This document shows positions 49,280 through 62,116 of a DNA stretch of 64,000 nt, in pieces. Below the pieces are notes generated by a model that saw only the letters and a program-made list of their open reading frames with translations, had not been told where the DNA came from and did no database searches. How positions within the stretch are numbered: the stretch's first letter is position 1; every line of letters begins with the position of its first letter. Origin of the DNA: Gordius albopunctatus. Lineage: Eukaryota. The stretch is taken from assembly GCA_964276515.1 (NCBI GenBank), contig OZ193909.1, positions 14,384,001 through 14,448,000 of the forward strand. The letters run 5' to 3'. Made by a program: the position numbers and the translations under genes.

Positions 49280-50579
49280 AAAGTGCGATAAAGGCCGTTA
49301 CATAAAATTTTGATTGGAATGAACTTTTATTTATAATAAAGAAAATTACTAAATGTTTGGGTTTATCACTGTAGTTAGCCTTTTTATCTAAATTATATAC
49401 TTCATAATATATTTCCTATACCTAGCCTTAAATGCCTATAACTAATTTACATAAGCATATATTTGTTAAAGATCATTATATTTAAGTTTATATTTATCAA
49501 CGTTTTTTTAATATTTAAATACTCATGATTAAAGGGCCTTTAACACTTTCATTTTTATTTTTTCTTCTATTAAACATAGATTGTTTCTTATTTTTTAAAA
49601 ACATTTATCAGATAACTTCATTTTATGATTAAAACTACTAATTTTTTTTAGTATTTTACTATTATTTCTCGACATTTTGCTTTAGAAGGCAATAAAAATG
49701 AATGTCAAAAAGAATAAAGCTATACTGTCTTTTTATGTGTCTGATTTTTTATTAATGTCTTTCAATAGAATTCTGCTGTGTTTTAAGTGCAAAGATAATA
49801 TTATATAGGAGATATTGATTTGGGTAGGCTATCACTGGATTATTTGTGAGATGTTTCTTTGATTGGTTTGTAAAATATTTCATAGATGTTAAAATTAAAG
49901 GTATTATATTAACAGTTGCAAAGGAGTTAAATAGATTACCCCTCTTTTTAAATATTGAACAACCTATCATCAGGTAGATTTATATATTAGCCTTTTTGCA
50001 TAAAAGTTTTTTCGTTTCATGTTACCTTTAAAATAATACTCCTTACCAAAATGTTCATTTATTTATTTATTGCCTTTCTAATATTTAATCTTAAATGGTA
50101 AACCATAGTAAAATATGAAATTATCTGTACATAGGTGTAGACAGCATTAGGATTAGAGGGGGGAAAAATAATCATTTTTTCAAATTTAGGCCATATTTTT
50201 AATAAATTTAAACAAAATTTTGAATTTCCATCTATGTGATGATGAACTAGATTTAATAAATACAGCCTTATATTACATAGGCTTGTGGTAATTAAGAGAT
50301 ATTTTATAAAGATTGCAATCATAAACATTAAATATGTTAGTCAATATTTTGATTAAATTAACCCCATAATTACATCAAATCAATTATACTTACTACTAAT
50401 ATAAGCATACCACCATATGTAATCTCATTATTTTCCATAATAAATAAATTGAAATAACTATCATAGAAGGTCAGATTCATTAATTTTAATAAATTACCTT
50501 GTAAACATATTATAAGTTCATTAATTTATGATTTTTTAGGCTATTAAATTGCTAATATTTAATGTTTATTTATTTGGGA

Positions 50580-52340
50580 CTAGATGAACCCAGCAAACGT
50601 TTTGCATTTACCCCGGGTGTGTATTAAATTATGTTGGAATTTTAGGGCATATATGATGATAAAGTTGTTATTGAAGTAAAAATAAAGTTTGATAATTTTT
50701 AAACAAATAGTTAAAGAGGGTCCAAGGCCCAGGCCCACCCAAGACAGAAAACCTGGCCCCATGCCCCCCCCCCCAAGGGAAAAATCTTTGGCCCCCTGGC
50801 CCTTCAAGTAATTTTTTTTATATTTTTGTAATTAAGAAACAATATCATAATTATTTGTTTCTGAATAAAATCTTACATTCTGAACTTAATAATGTCGGAA
50901 TAAGATATATCAACATTTATTGGCACTTTGTTAAAAGTATTTTGATTTTTCCCCTTATTTAACGCGCAAAAAAGGACAAAATTAGATTTTTTAATTTATT
51001 TAGTCACGCAAGAGGAGACACCACCATCCTATAATCTCATGAAAATTGTTCATAGCCGAGAAAATGTTTTTTTTAATCTGACCCCCCCCCCCCCTAATTC
51101 AAAACCTGTGTACGCCCATGCTTTGATTGAATGTTTCAAATTCCATTTTCCGCAGCACATGCCTAATCCAAGAATGAAAAAATCCAATTAGAAAGAAATT
51201 TTATTTATTTTAAGTTTAATTGATAAATTTTATGTTGTCACCGTTAAAAAAATGATGACGTTTTAGAAAATATTATATAAGTGATACACTTTTACTAAAG
51301 AACTGTGTCGTGTCCCCACGGGACCGGGACAATAAATAACTCAACCCGTACCCTAAATGCCCCTGCCTTGGTGTTAGGATTCCCTTATTATTTGAGTTAA
51401 TTATGGATTAAGGAGGGGGCAGGTGTAGTTATGCAGGGGATTGAGTATTGTATTCTCCTCATAGTGAGGAGAGCGGTCAAGATTAAGCAGTTCAAAAAGA
51501 TGTAAGAAAAGATAAGCTTAAAATGTGGCCGGAAAAGGCCTAGAAGATAAAGAGAAGTAAATGTAATAAATAAAGGGAACAGGCGGGGGTTAGAAAACCT
51601 GGTTGTCATGATAAGAATCCCTGTTTCGAGTAAGAAAGAATTAATTAGGGGGTAGTTATTTTTTTATATTTTTTACAGTAAATTCCCCGTTGGGGGAATT
51701 ACCGTATCCTCTCTGACCTTACGAACCCCTGCGAAATTCCCTTCACGTCTAAAATACTACTATTATAAAAAATTATTATATATATTTTGTCATCGCTTTA
51801 CGAAGTTTTACGAAATTCCCTTCCCTGCTACAATCCCTAAGATAATTATAATTGCCACGCTAATTGTATCGTATGACGTGATTTGTATCGAATATAAAGA
51901 TCAAATAAAGTTCACTTATTGTCAATTGATTCTGGACTACGTTCACTCTCAATATAACCGAAAACATCTAAGGCATCAATATTTAACGACCGGGATTAAG
52001 AGCTAAAATCCCCTGAAACTATCACTCCAACCCGGACGTTACAGAAGCCCTTGAACATAACAATTGACCAAGACATTCTTCGTTACCGGACTAAACAAAC
52101 TGTATATATTCAAATTTTCAAAGAACACGATGAGGTTACGTTTGACATTTTAACATCAAAATGTATAAAACAAAATATCTCGAAACTACTGGACCGATTT
52201 AGCTCGAACATATCTTAAAACATGCTCTGGAGTGTGGGGAATAAACTGAAATTTTGAGCCAAATCGCTCTGGTAGTTCTCCAAAATTGATGGCGGCATAC
52301 ATACATATATACATACATAGTTTCATTTTTATATATAAGA
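50580..52340 (-). mobile_element. Probable composite non-autonomous Helitron
   Basis: Minus strand starts A|TCTTATATATAAAAATG followed by a (TATG)n tract, and the candidate 3' end is ...GCAAAACGTTTGCTGGGTTCATCTAG|T. The interior contains hAT-end-like sequence similar to 3955-4085. That both ends belong to one element is inferred. Confidence 0.55.
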
Positions 52341-52515
52341 TTACATGATAAAATGGTATTTTTTATATTTATACACCATCTTCATACAAAGAATTATCAA
52401 ATTTATTGCACTTTTTAGTGTTAGGTGTTAAAATAGTTAAGTTTGCAGAATTAATCATCTACAAAAATTTTGTCTTAAATATTAAATAAAGAAACATACA
52501 TTTTATAGCTAGATC

Positions 52516-52756
52516 TATAGTTGTTAAATTGCTAAGCAGCTTCAACTAAAAACGCGAGCACGAACAGTAGCTGTGTAATATACTAGTTTAGCACAATGAG
52601 TGATAACTGTTCGGTGCAATATTTTTAACAGTAGCACATAAAAATGCTCGAGAAGTTAGTCGAAGCACCCAAATCTGTTAAAAAATTTAGCAGGAGCTCG
52701 AGCAGATAGTAGATTGAATTGCTATTTGTTAAAATTTAGTAACTTACAATATTTGC
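52516..52756. mobile_element. Member of the TAGAGTTGTTA MITE family matching one arm of the 59375-60080 hairpin
   Basis: Colinear with the reverse complement of ~59826-60080, from TATAGTTGTTAAATTGCTAAG to CAATATTTGC. Confidence 0.8.
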
Positions 52757-52954
52757 TCATGGTATATTATAAAGTTATTATATTATAGTTTTATAAGAAA
52801 TTAAGCATGTTGAGCATATAATGATGGAATGCACGATAATAAGATGAGATTGTATATTTGATTTTTTACCTGACATGTAATTATATACATTTTGAGTTTT
52901 TAGGTATAAATATTTTGTACAGGTGGTTAAATAAATATATAGATGGGGTAAATG

Positions 52955-53215
52955 TCATAATCTATATTTATGATGCGATTTAAATTTTTTTTCAAAATGT
53001 GACTCACTAAGAGTTTTAAAAATGTTTTTCACCTTTGAAATTAAGTTTTTTAAAAGTTTAGCTGTCGCCCAGGTGACAAATTTCATAATCTATATTTATG
53101 ATGCGATTTAAATTTTTTTTCAAAATGTGACTTACTAAGAGCTTAAAAAATGTTTTTCACCTTTGAAATTAAGATTTTAAAAGTTTAGCTGTCGCCCAGG
53201 TATGATGCGATTTAA
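52955..53215. repeat. Tandem duplication, 128-bp period, two copies plus a partial third
   Basis: TCATAATCTATATTTATGATGCGATTTAAA...GCTGTCGCCCAGGT at 52955 and 53083. Confidence 0.9.
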
Positions 53216-53909
53216 AATTCTTTAATTTTAACTTATAGTAGATGCCTAAAATAATACTAAAACTCGTCATGGATATAATATTTTCAAATTTTATTAAGCC
53301 TAATAAGTTTATGAAATCAATGATAAACCTATAATAGATGAAATTATAACATATTTAGGCTGTAAAATTTATATTTCGCCATGATTTAAGGTACATCATA
53401 TCACGAATTGTAGTAGGTGATAACCTATTACGCCTCGCTGTTAGAATATTTCCGGCCATGGAAAACATCCGTTCACTTGGAACGGGGTGATGGACTGTTT
53501 ACCGAAAACATTTGAATATAATTATTGACAACATTATCTAATATTGTATAAGCAGGTTTTGTGAGATTTTGTCGGGGTGAATTTAAATCTCATATGCACT
53601 AGACTTTTTCTTTGTGATGTTTCTAATGTTGGCTTAAAATATAAATATGTCTACAAATTATGCATAATCTTACTAAATGATTCTCATTATCTGGAGAATT
53701 TTAATCATAAGAGGTAGATTGAGAATCCATTTTATTATAAATATTTATTCGTGTTTGTTTATAAATAGTTTGTGGCATTAGGCCAATGTTTAGTAATTTT
53801 AATTTTACAAATCAAAAAGGGCAAATCATTGCCATGGTAATAAAAATTACTAAACATTGGCCTAATGCCACAGAGTTATATAAAATATTAAGCGTGAGAT
53901 TGAGAGTAA

Positions 53910-54174
53910 GGGCTTGTCTTAATATCTGATTTTGCTTGTACGAGTTATAATATACCCGTGTCTAAACTTCGAATTCACAGCAGATTTACATTTCAGACGC
54001 ATGATATAACAGCGATTAATCTCAAGAGTTGAAATAAACAGAAAAACGTTTTTAACTCTCAAAAAAATTAAATATTAATAATTACAACCGAGTTTGACAC
54101 ATGAAATTGAATCGGATATTTGATAAAAATAAATATGCGCCATTTGCATCTGAATCCGATATTAAGACAAGCCC
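53910..54174. mobile_element. PIF/Harbinger (Tourist-like) MITE
   Basis: 17-bp perfect TIRs GGGCTTGTCTTAATATC / GATATTAAGACAAGCCC, flanked by TAA on both sides. Confidence 0.85.
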
Positions 54175-54231
54175 TAAGAGGGGGAATCGAAAGGACGAAG
54201 GAAAATATAATTTTTAAATAGCATGGCATAT

Positions 54232-54880
54232 TAGAGGTGTGCACGGATCAATCTGATCCGTCCGAACTCGGATCGGATCAACATTTTATTTTAGTCGGAT
54301 CGGATACAATAATAATTAAATTAATAATTTTTACTATACCTTTTCGTAATTATCTTTGCATTCTTTTTTTACTTTGCCATTTTTGATCCCCAATACCACC
54401 TCTCAATTTACCTTTCTTTAAAAAATGAAGATTGCAAATATGATTCAAAAAAAAGATTTGCTGAAATGGTGGGTTTCATATCAAACAGTCCTGCCAAGGC
54501 TTTATAAGCTGGCAAATAAATTTTTAGCTATACCTGCTACCTCTACCACTTCGGAAAGAAATTTTTCGGTGGCTGGAAGAACATTAGAAGAAAGAAGAAC
54601 GCGAATTAAACCAGAAAATTTAGATTCTTTATTATTTTTATATGATAACATGGAATTAGTCAAATAAAATTTTATATTTCAAGTATATTAAAATTGTTAT
54701 ACCTTATTTTTATGTATTTTGAATTTAATCATCAATAAAAAGTTCTGTTCGTAAAATTTTAATTAAAAAATTTCGGATCGGATTTAGATTTTAAAAAACT
54801 CGGATCGGATCGGATGGATACGAAATTTTTTAAAAACCCCTCGGATCGGATCAAAAAAATTTGATCCGTGCACACCTCTA
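54232..54880 (+). mobile_element. Non-autonomous hAT element (TAGAGGTGTGCA family) retaining the C-terminal dimerization domain
   Basis: Perfect TIRs TAGAGGTGTGCACGGATCAA / TTGATCCGTGCACACCTCTA and 8-bp TSD TGGCATAT. ORF 54425-54667 reads DLLKWW...LPRLYKLANKFLAIPATSTTSERNFSVAG...RRTRIKPENLDSLLFL. Confidence 0.95.
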
Positions 54881-55529
54881 TGGCATATTAATATTTTAGA
54901 GAGAAGTAAATGAGTCATCTCATGGCATGTATGTGCATGTGAAATTGAAGTGGATGAGGGAGGATAGGAGGGAACCGACGCCGAGCCATTGAAAACAATA
55001 GAATGAAATATCTACTACCAAACCAACTTAACTTAAACTTACACACCCTCTCTCCTCTCCAGTCAAGTCATATCATAACCCAGCAACTAGTAGGACTGTG
55101 ATTTGCCAACTCCTGCGAGACGTAATTAATAATAGGTTATCACCTACTACAAACTTAGTTACATATGGTGGTTTTTAGGGACAGTATATAAAATTAAGGA
55201 GTGATGAAAGGACCTCATAGTTATTGCGTCACCTCCACTAACATTTGTTAATTTCATAATTTTAGTCTCAATCTTTAAACAAATTATTTTTAGATGAAGT
55301 CTTTAGAAATTCAAAATTTTTAAATAATATTTATTAAACGAGAGCCAAAAATTCTTAAAAGTAAGAGCTTAGTATCAATGCATATTGTAGAAGAATAAAC
55401 ATATATTTAAACTTTATCTTAAATGTAATCGCCTAAAATATAAAATTTTGATATCCTTTTTAATTTAAATTACTATAAATGTTTCCCCAATATTCCTACA
55501 AAAATTTAAGGAACTTGATGGGTCGAACA

Positions 55530-55640
55530 TCCCTCTGAATGTTTCCACACGTTGGAATAGCACCTACAATATGCTATCCATTATAAATAAAGTAATATAA
55601 AATATGTCGGGTCGCTTCATTAGGCCCGAGGCCCGATTGT
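55530..55640 (+). pseudogene. Small hAT transposase relic
   Basis: LNVSTRWNSTYNML (TRWNS motif) at 55535-55576, followed by TCGGGTC/GGCCCG subterminal-type motifs. Confidence 0.55.
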
Positions 55641-56849
55641 TTGATTAAATTCTACCCCTATAGATAGCTCTCCCGATCTTACTTACAACGAGAAGCAAAA
55701 AGACTATCTCTCAACAGGGTAGCCAATTTCTCAAGAAATAGTACAAGTCTATTACATCAATTTTTAACGCCCAAAGATATTTTTATTAATATAGAAAGTT
55801 TTAAATAATAAAATATCGATCCATGCTGGTTCCAGGTTATATTTGTACGTATAAATGTGCGTACATCTGGGTAGAAGTTTATGCGCAAATTTTGATTAGC
55901 GTGAATGTTTTTATCACATGTATAAAAACTATATTTTATTGGTGACAATAATCATGCTTACTACTGAAATATGCGCATTCCTTTATTTTGGCATACACGT
56001 ATAATTCGACTATTTTAAGTTAATCCCTCAAATTGGCACGGATGTTTATATCATTCCTGAAAAAAGATTTGACATAGGAAAGGTTGGATACAATAATAAA
56101 ACTTATATAACAAATTTTTTATAACAATCTACCATCAAGCAGAGCAAAAATTTTCCTTAAACATTAGAACCTATAAAGCATTTTTATCATCAAGAAAATA
56201 AGAAAGAATAATTAAATAGAAAACCGATTTGTTTTAAAGATTTTGGACAATTCATGTGCCAAACTTTTCAATGCCCTTGATACATATAGACACATTTAAA
56301 GAAGGATGATAATTTTCTATTTTGCTATAGTAGTATAATACTCGCTATCTCTATAAACAAAGACTAATGTAAAATACCCATGTTAAATACTTTAAGAATA
56401 AAATTATTAATTACCTTTATAACTAAAATTTGACTTGTATTAGCATTTTCTTAGTTTATTTTAGAGGTTGATATAGTTATTTAGAGAGGTAATTAAGAAT
56501 TAAATTTCTTCTTTTCAGAAAACACGCACACGGGACAGAAATTTTTTGCATATATAGTATTAGAATAATTTGTAAAGAAAATTAATTTTTTTGTACATGG
56601 AGTGAAGTAGAGACCTGCACGGCCTGCGGGCCGGGCTTGGACGGGTTTATGCTTAACACTCCGTTGGCTAGGTGGGGTCAATAAAACCCCAAGCGGTTTA
56701 TAAGTGTTGTACAAATTAAGTTAGTGATTGTTATAATTTCATTTTTTCAGTAGCTTAATAAAATTTATCCTAGAATATCTCTGCAAATTTTGGCTTGTTT
56801 TAATCCAATAGTTTTTAAGATATAGAGCAGGTGCGTATGTCTGGGTAAT

Positions 56850-56952
56850 ATTTCGTATTTTTCACATAACCGCTTAATGTCGTTAGCTCTCTATACTCGG
56901 TTTGTTTAAGATTTCGTATTTTTCACATAACCGCTTAATGTCGTTAGCTCTC
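56850..56952. repeat. Exact 42-bp direct repeat upstream of the FAM76 start
   Basis: ATTTCGTATTTTTCACATAACCGCTTAATGTCGTTAGCTCTC at 56850 and 56911. Confidence 0.92.
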
Positions 56953-57043
56953 AACTCGCTAAATATGTCTAAGGAAATGTCGCATAAAATGTTATTTAAC
57001 TTAGAATGTAGTTTAATGACTAATGTATTTTTGTATATAACAT

Positions 57044-60000
57044 ATGGCTGCGTTATTTGCTTGTGCAAACTGCCATGGGAGATTTCCCTACGAAGAATTA
57101 AATGAGGTCGACCATCTTTGCAAGGTAAATACATCTAAGAAATAAATTCTACAACTATGATTACAGGGTTGTCTAAAATTAAAAACCACATGTTCTCATT
57201 GCCGGGATGAGTTTCACCTTGAATCGTATGCTGCATATATAATTAAAATATACATATGAAATACAATATTCAGGCGATACAGTAAAGAAACTATATGCAA
57301 AAGATGTGCTCATTATGTGGAAAAATATGGATTAGTAAATTGATGCTTCTTAATCTAAAATTTAATTAAAAATGATTGCAAAAACTATGTGTTATTATAA
57401 ATTTTAATAGCTATTATTGAGATGCATTTATGTTATAATTAGATTTCAAATTCTTGTTAATCTTATATTTATGTATATTATAAATTAAATTCTAGCCTTC
57501 TTCATGTAAGTATTGCAATCTATTGGCAGCATTTGTTGGTAGCAAATGTGAACGCTGCTCTAATCAGGAAAAAAAATTTGGCTTGCCAAAAATCTGTGAG
57601 CATTGTCAACAAAAGTCAGCCTTCCCTAGACCAGATAAATTGGTACTTATGAAATAAAATTATCTCTATCAAATTTAAATTTTTAAATTCATTATGACAT
57701 TTTTTAGAAGATTTGGCATGAGCAATGCATAATTGAAGGGGGTGGGGAGGGTACAACAAGTTTCTAATATATAAATGTCAAACATTTAATTATATATATT
57801 TTAATGAAAATTCCCTTTGCTCTAAGATGAAATCTTAATTTCTGAAACTAATTTATTTGTGCATCTTTTAGTTAGAAGACAAAACCCTGTGTTGGTTGTG
57901 TGCAAGGTCTTACAAAAAACTTCTTTTATCATCAGTCCACAAAGCAAAATTAAAGAGACCTATTGCTAAAGGAAGTTCTTCGTCCCCTAATAAAAAAGTT
58001 ACAACTAATGAAGCTTTAATTAAGAGGCATGAGACAGTTAAGTTATCAAGGTATATGCTTTACAACAGTTAATTAATCAAATTACACTAAGATTATTTTT
58101 ATAAAAACTTTCATTTTTGAAAGAAAATTATTGGATTTTTGAATAGTGTAGATGATAATTTGAGTTTTTAATCAACATAAAATTTAAGAGTCTGTAAAAG
58201 GTTCAAATAACTGTTTTCTAAATTAATCGATGACAATAACCTGGAAATTATGCCAACCTCCTTTGATTGAATTGGTTAAGTGGAAGTTTTATTAAAAATC
58301 TACAAATTAATCCAATTCATTATGCTTCTTGTTTTTATCTACTATTTAGTATTTTATAAAAATTTATCATCAAATGATATTTATTTCAATTTTTTGAAAC
58401 CTGTTCATTATCTATATACATAAAAATTTAACCAAAATTTTCATTTTGTAGTCAAGGCAGGGGTGATAAAAGCGCCCACAACAAAACAGTAAATGACATA
58501 CCTACCTCATTAAATGATAAGTCTTCCAAGAAAACCTACCTCACTTCACTCAGGTATTCAATAGTCAGCAATTTTGTTTGCTTAAAGCAACCTAGCGTTA
58601 GAGATTTTTTAGTGCTTCAGCTCTAATTGAGTATGTTAAGAATCAAAGCTACTAAAGGAAACATCTTTATCACGACATTTAATTAAAAAAATTATCGTTG
58701 AATTTGCTCAAAACAAAGACAATAAAAAGTTCTAATTAGGAAGGTTTTTAATAAGGTAAAATTAGTACGAGAATAAGCACTTGTATGTTATGCCTCGAAG
58801 CTGGACGTCGTTTTAAAACCGCGGTTATGTCATAATCATGGGCGTAGCCCAAGGGGGGGGGGCTGCCCTCCCCCCTTTAAATCCAAATTTTATTTTTAAA
58901 TTATTGAAATGATGGTTAAAATTTAAAAAAATGATATTTTGCCGCTCCCTAAATCATTATTGCCCCCCCCCACCTCTAATTCCAATGCTCGCTACGCCCC
59001 TGCATAAGATTAGTTTTGTTATTTAACATTTGTATAAGGTTAAAATAAATATTTTTTGGTCCGTACTTGATGGATCGTAATCGTAGCTCGCCGTTTTTAG
59101 CTAAGATTTATAATTGTAGTAGGGGGTATAGCTACCACCACTGCCATATTATTTTGACATAGTTACCCAGCAGTCTGTTATAGAAAATGGCTCGGGCGGG
59201 CGTATAAAAGTTGTTTGCTATATAACAACAATTATAATTTAATTAATATGGGGGTAGTCAGCGTTGGAGAGGGGGGCAATAATGATTTGAAATTTTAGCC
59301 ATAATTTTAATAAACTTTAACAAAATTTTAAATTTAGAGGTGGGGGGCAGCCGCCCCCCCCCCTTGGCTACGCCTAGAGTTGTTAAATTGCTAACTTTAG
59401 CAATGCTAACTATGTGCTATACTCGAGCGGGCACGAACAGTAGCTGGGTAATATGCTAGTTTAACACAATGAGTGCTAACTGTTCGGTGCAATAGTTTTA
59501 ACAGTAGCACATAAAAATGCTCGAGAGGTTAGTCGAAGCAGCCAAATCTGTTAAAAAATTTAGCAGGAGCTCGAGCAGATAGTAAATTGAATTGCTATTT
59601 GTTAAAATTTAGTAACTTACAATATTTGCAAATAAATTAAGAACTTCCCCCCCCCTCTTATTTTTTATCCTCTTTCCCACCGGGGGGCCCCCATCTCCAT
59701 CCTGGTGAGAAAGAGGGTAAAAGATGGGGGGGGGGGCAAAATACCCCTCCCCCCCCCAATATCCCTCCCCCCCCGGTGTGAAAGAGGATAAAAAATAAGA
59801 GGGGGGGGGAAGTTCTTAATTTATTTGCAAATATTGTAAGTTACTAAATTTTAACAAATAGCAATTCAATCTACTATCTGCTCGAATTTCCTCCTCGAGC
59901 TCCTGCTAAATTTTTTAACAGATTTGGCTGCTTCGACTAACCTCTCGAGCATTTTTACGTGCTACCGGTAAAACTATTGCACCGAACAGTTAGCACTCAT

Positions 60001-61597
60001 TGTGTTAAACTAGCATATTACCCAGCTACTGTTCGTGCTCGCGTCTTTAGTTGAAGCTACTTAGCAATTTAACATCTATAGCTACGCCCATTAGCGATAA
60101 CATTATGAAGGGGTCATTCATTATTTCCCTTTTCGATAATAAACGAGCGTACGACACATTATGGTGGTTCTATAAAATTTACAAAAATATACCACTGGGT
60201 ACCGATGGTCAATAATAAATAGTGACCTTCACAGAGGAGGCTTTAAGATTGAAGTATGGGTTTAATAATCTCAACAACGTAGGCAGAGCGTGCCAATTAA
60301 CAATTAATAACGACTCCACTTCAATCGACTAATTCTGTGCTGGCCAAGCTCATTTTGATGTTTATCAAATGTTTGACCTCTATCTAATAATAATTTCTCC
60401 AAATAAAACTTTGTCGATGATTTAATCAGCGAATATTGAATTTTAATATAAATTAAAATTTTAAGCCTGATTGGATTTGATCGTTTAAGATTTGAAGCTA
60501 AATTTTACGGTTTAAGTAGAGCTCAAGTCATGAGAGCTAATATATTTATTTAGCCCTGCTGACTTGGGGAACTCTGACCAATTTTTGTTGGTTAACCAAA
60601 TGACCGAAGAGGTGGCCGGTTTGAAAAAACAAATGGTGGAACGGGATAAAATGTTGTTGGAGAAGGATAAAAAAGTAATGCCAGTTATTTTTGACTTATA
60701 CAACAATTTGGTTTTGCTGTATCGTGTTTTAGATCGGTGAAATAAAGGCTCAGCACTTTGAGGCGGAAAAAGATTTTAGAACCAAAATTCAGTCCATGCA
60801 AAAAGACCATAGGGAAAGTGTGGAATCGCTTCAAGTTTGCAAAAATTTTTGCACGTCATTCAGATATAAAGAATTATCACGGTTTTTTAATACCTCGTTT
60901 GGCTATACTCTAAGTCGTTCAATTTTACGTTTGAAATACTTTTGTTTTGAGTAATGTTGTCTGATTGAGGTGTTCTACACCATTCCTAAACGTGCGGGTT
61001 ATATGAGCGATTGAGTAAATTAAATTCATTCGCATAAGCTTAAAAAATTGGGTACCGCTAATCAATAAATTAGGTGATCTAATTATAAATTAACGCCATT
61101 TTTAGAAAAACTTGACCGAATTTTTTACAGAAACCTTTTATTCTTGGTTGCTAATACACGTGTCAACAAAACTTGTTTAGCTACAACTCAAACTTGATTC
61201 GTAAATAGTTATTTCTCTCCAATTTAAATGTTTTGACTTAAAAATTGATTTATCTAGTAATATTGTTATTGTTTTATTGAGCACCATCTCTCATTAAATA
61301 CAAATCAAATCAATACTAAAACTCAGAACGATGTGTATATTATGAAAGGAGTGAGCCCAAAACCGATAGACTTTATTTTGGATTTTTATTTGTATTTTAG
61401 TTATATGTGGTCTAGTTTTTTAGTATTCTTATTGTTATGATATTTAGAACAAAAATCGGGACTTGATGAAACAGATCTCCCAATTAACTAAGGAAAAACG
61501 AATCAAAAGTTCTAATGCGTTGGATGAAGCTAACAGGACTCCAAATACCTTTTTTAGCGTTGAAAGTCCACGGTCCAACAGTCCGTTTGTTTTATGA
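57044..61597 (+). CDS. FAM76: FAM76 family protein (Cys-rich N-terminus, C-terminal coiled coil), 9 exons
   Basis: Phase-consistent exons 57044-57124, 57167-57225, 57274-57334, 57496-57642, 57872-58050, 58452-58553, 60554-60674, 60733-60834, 61448-61597. Peptides MAALFACANCHGRFPYEEL, PSSCKYCNLLAAFVGSKCERC, LCWLCARSYKK, EEVAGLKKQM...LLEKDKKIGEIKA and KNRDLMKQ match FAM76A/B as recalled. Confidence 0.93.
59375..60080. mobile_element. Palindromic TAGAGTTGTTA-family element nested in the TIR of a CATGGGCGTAGCC MITE, FAM76 intron 6
   Basis: Ends TAGAGTTGTTAAATTGCTAA / TTAGCAATTTAACATCTATA with 8-bp TSD GCTACGCC (59367-59374, 60081-60088). Internal arms 59431-59687 and 59769-60038 are near-perfect reverse complements. 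Confidence 0.88.
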
Positions 61598-62116
61598 AAT
61601 TTATGAGTCTATTTTTAATCCTCTAAAAAACTCATTTTCATCAATAATTGTGTTTTAAATATCATTTATTTATATCTTTTATTCCCCAATAACACATATA
61701 TGCATCAAAAAGCATCAACCTCCATTATTAACATATTTTTATATATAAAATTAGAATTAATAAATTTATTTAAAAATTATAAAATAGTCAATAAAAGTTG
61801 CGTTACGTCATGAAGATTTTAACTTTTTTAGAAGGCTAGTTAAGGATTAAATATTAAAATTATATGCATTATACTAGAGAACTGCAAAGTCACTTTTTTC
61901 CAACCCGACCCGACCCGAAAGTATTTTTCAATTTTTAACCCTACCCGAAAGCGTTTAATTTTTTTTAACCGAATCCCCCCTCCCCAACGTTTTAACTTTT
62001 GGTATCCGACGCGAGAGTCAGAAAAATTGCGGTGTGAAAAATTTAATCGACAAATTAGTGCGATTTATGAAGCTAATTGATACCACAAATTTTGGTCACT
62101 AAATTTATTTAAATTA

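Larger units (their letters stand above)
53409..55151. mobile_element. Unclassified TIR element hosting nested insertions
   Basis: Perfect 22-bp inverted termini TGTAGTAGGTGATAACCTATTA / TAATAGGTTATCACCTACTACA. No clear TSD. Confidence 0.65.

Noticed and set aside
51380..51640. Possible 3' end of a LINE on the minus strand (FLLETGIL followed by a pyrimidine-rich tract)
   Set aside because: Too short and no diagnostic domain.
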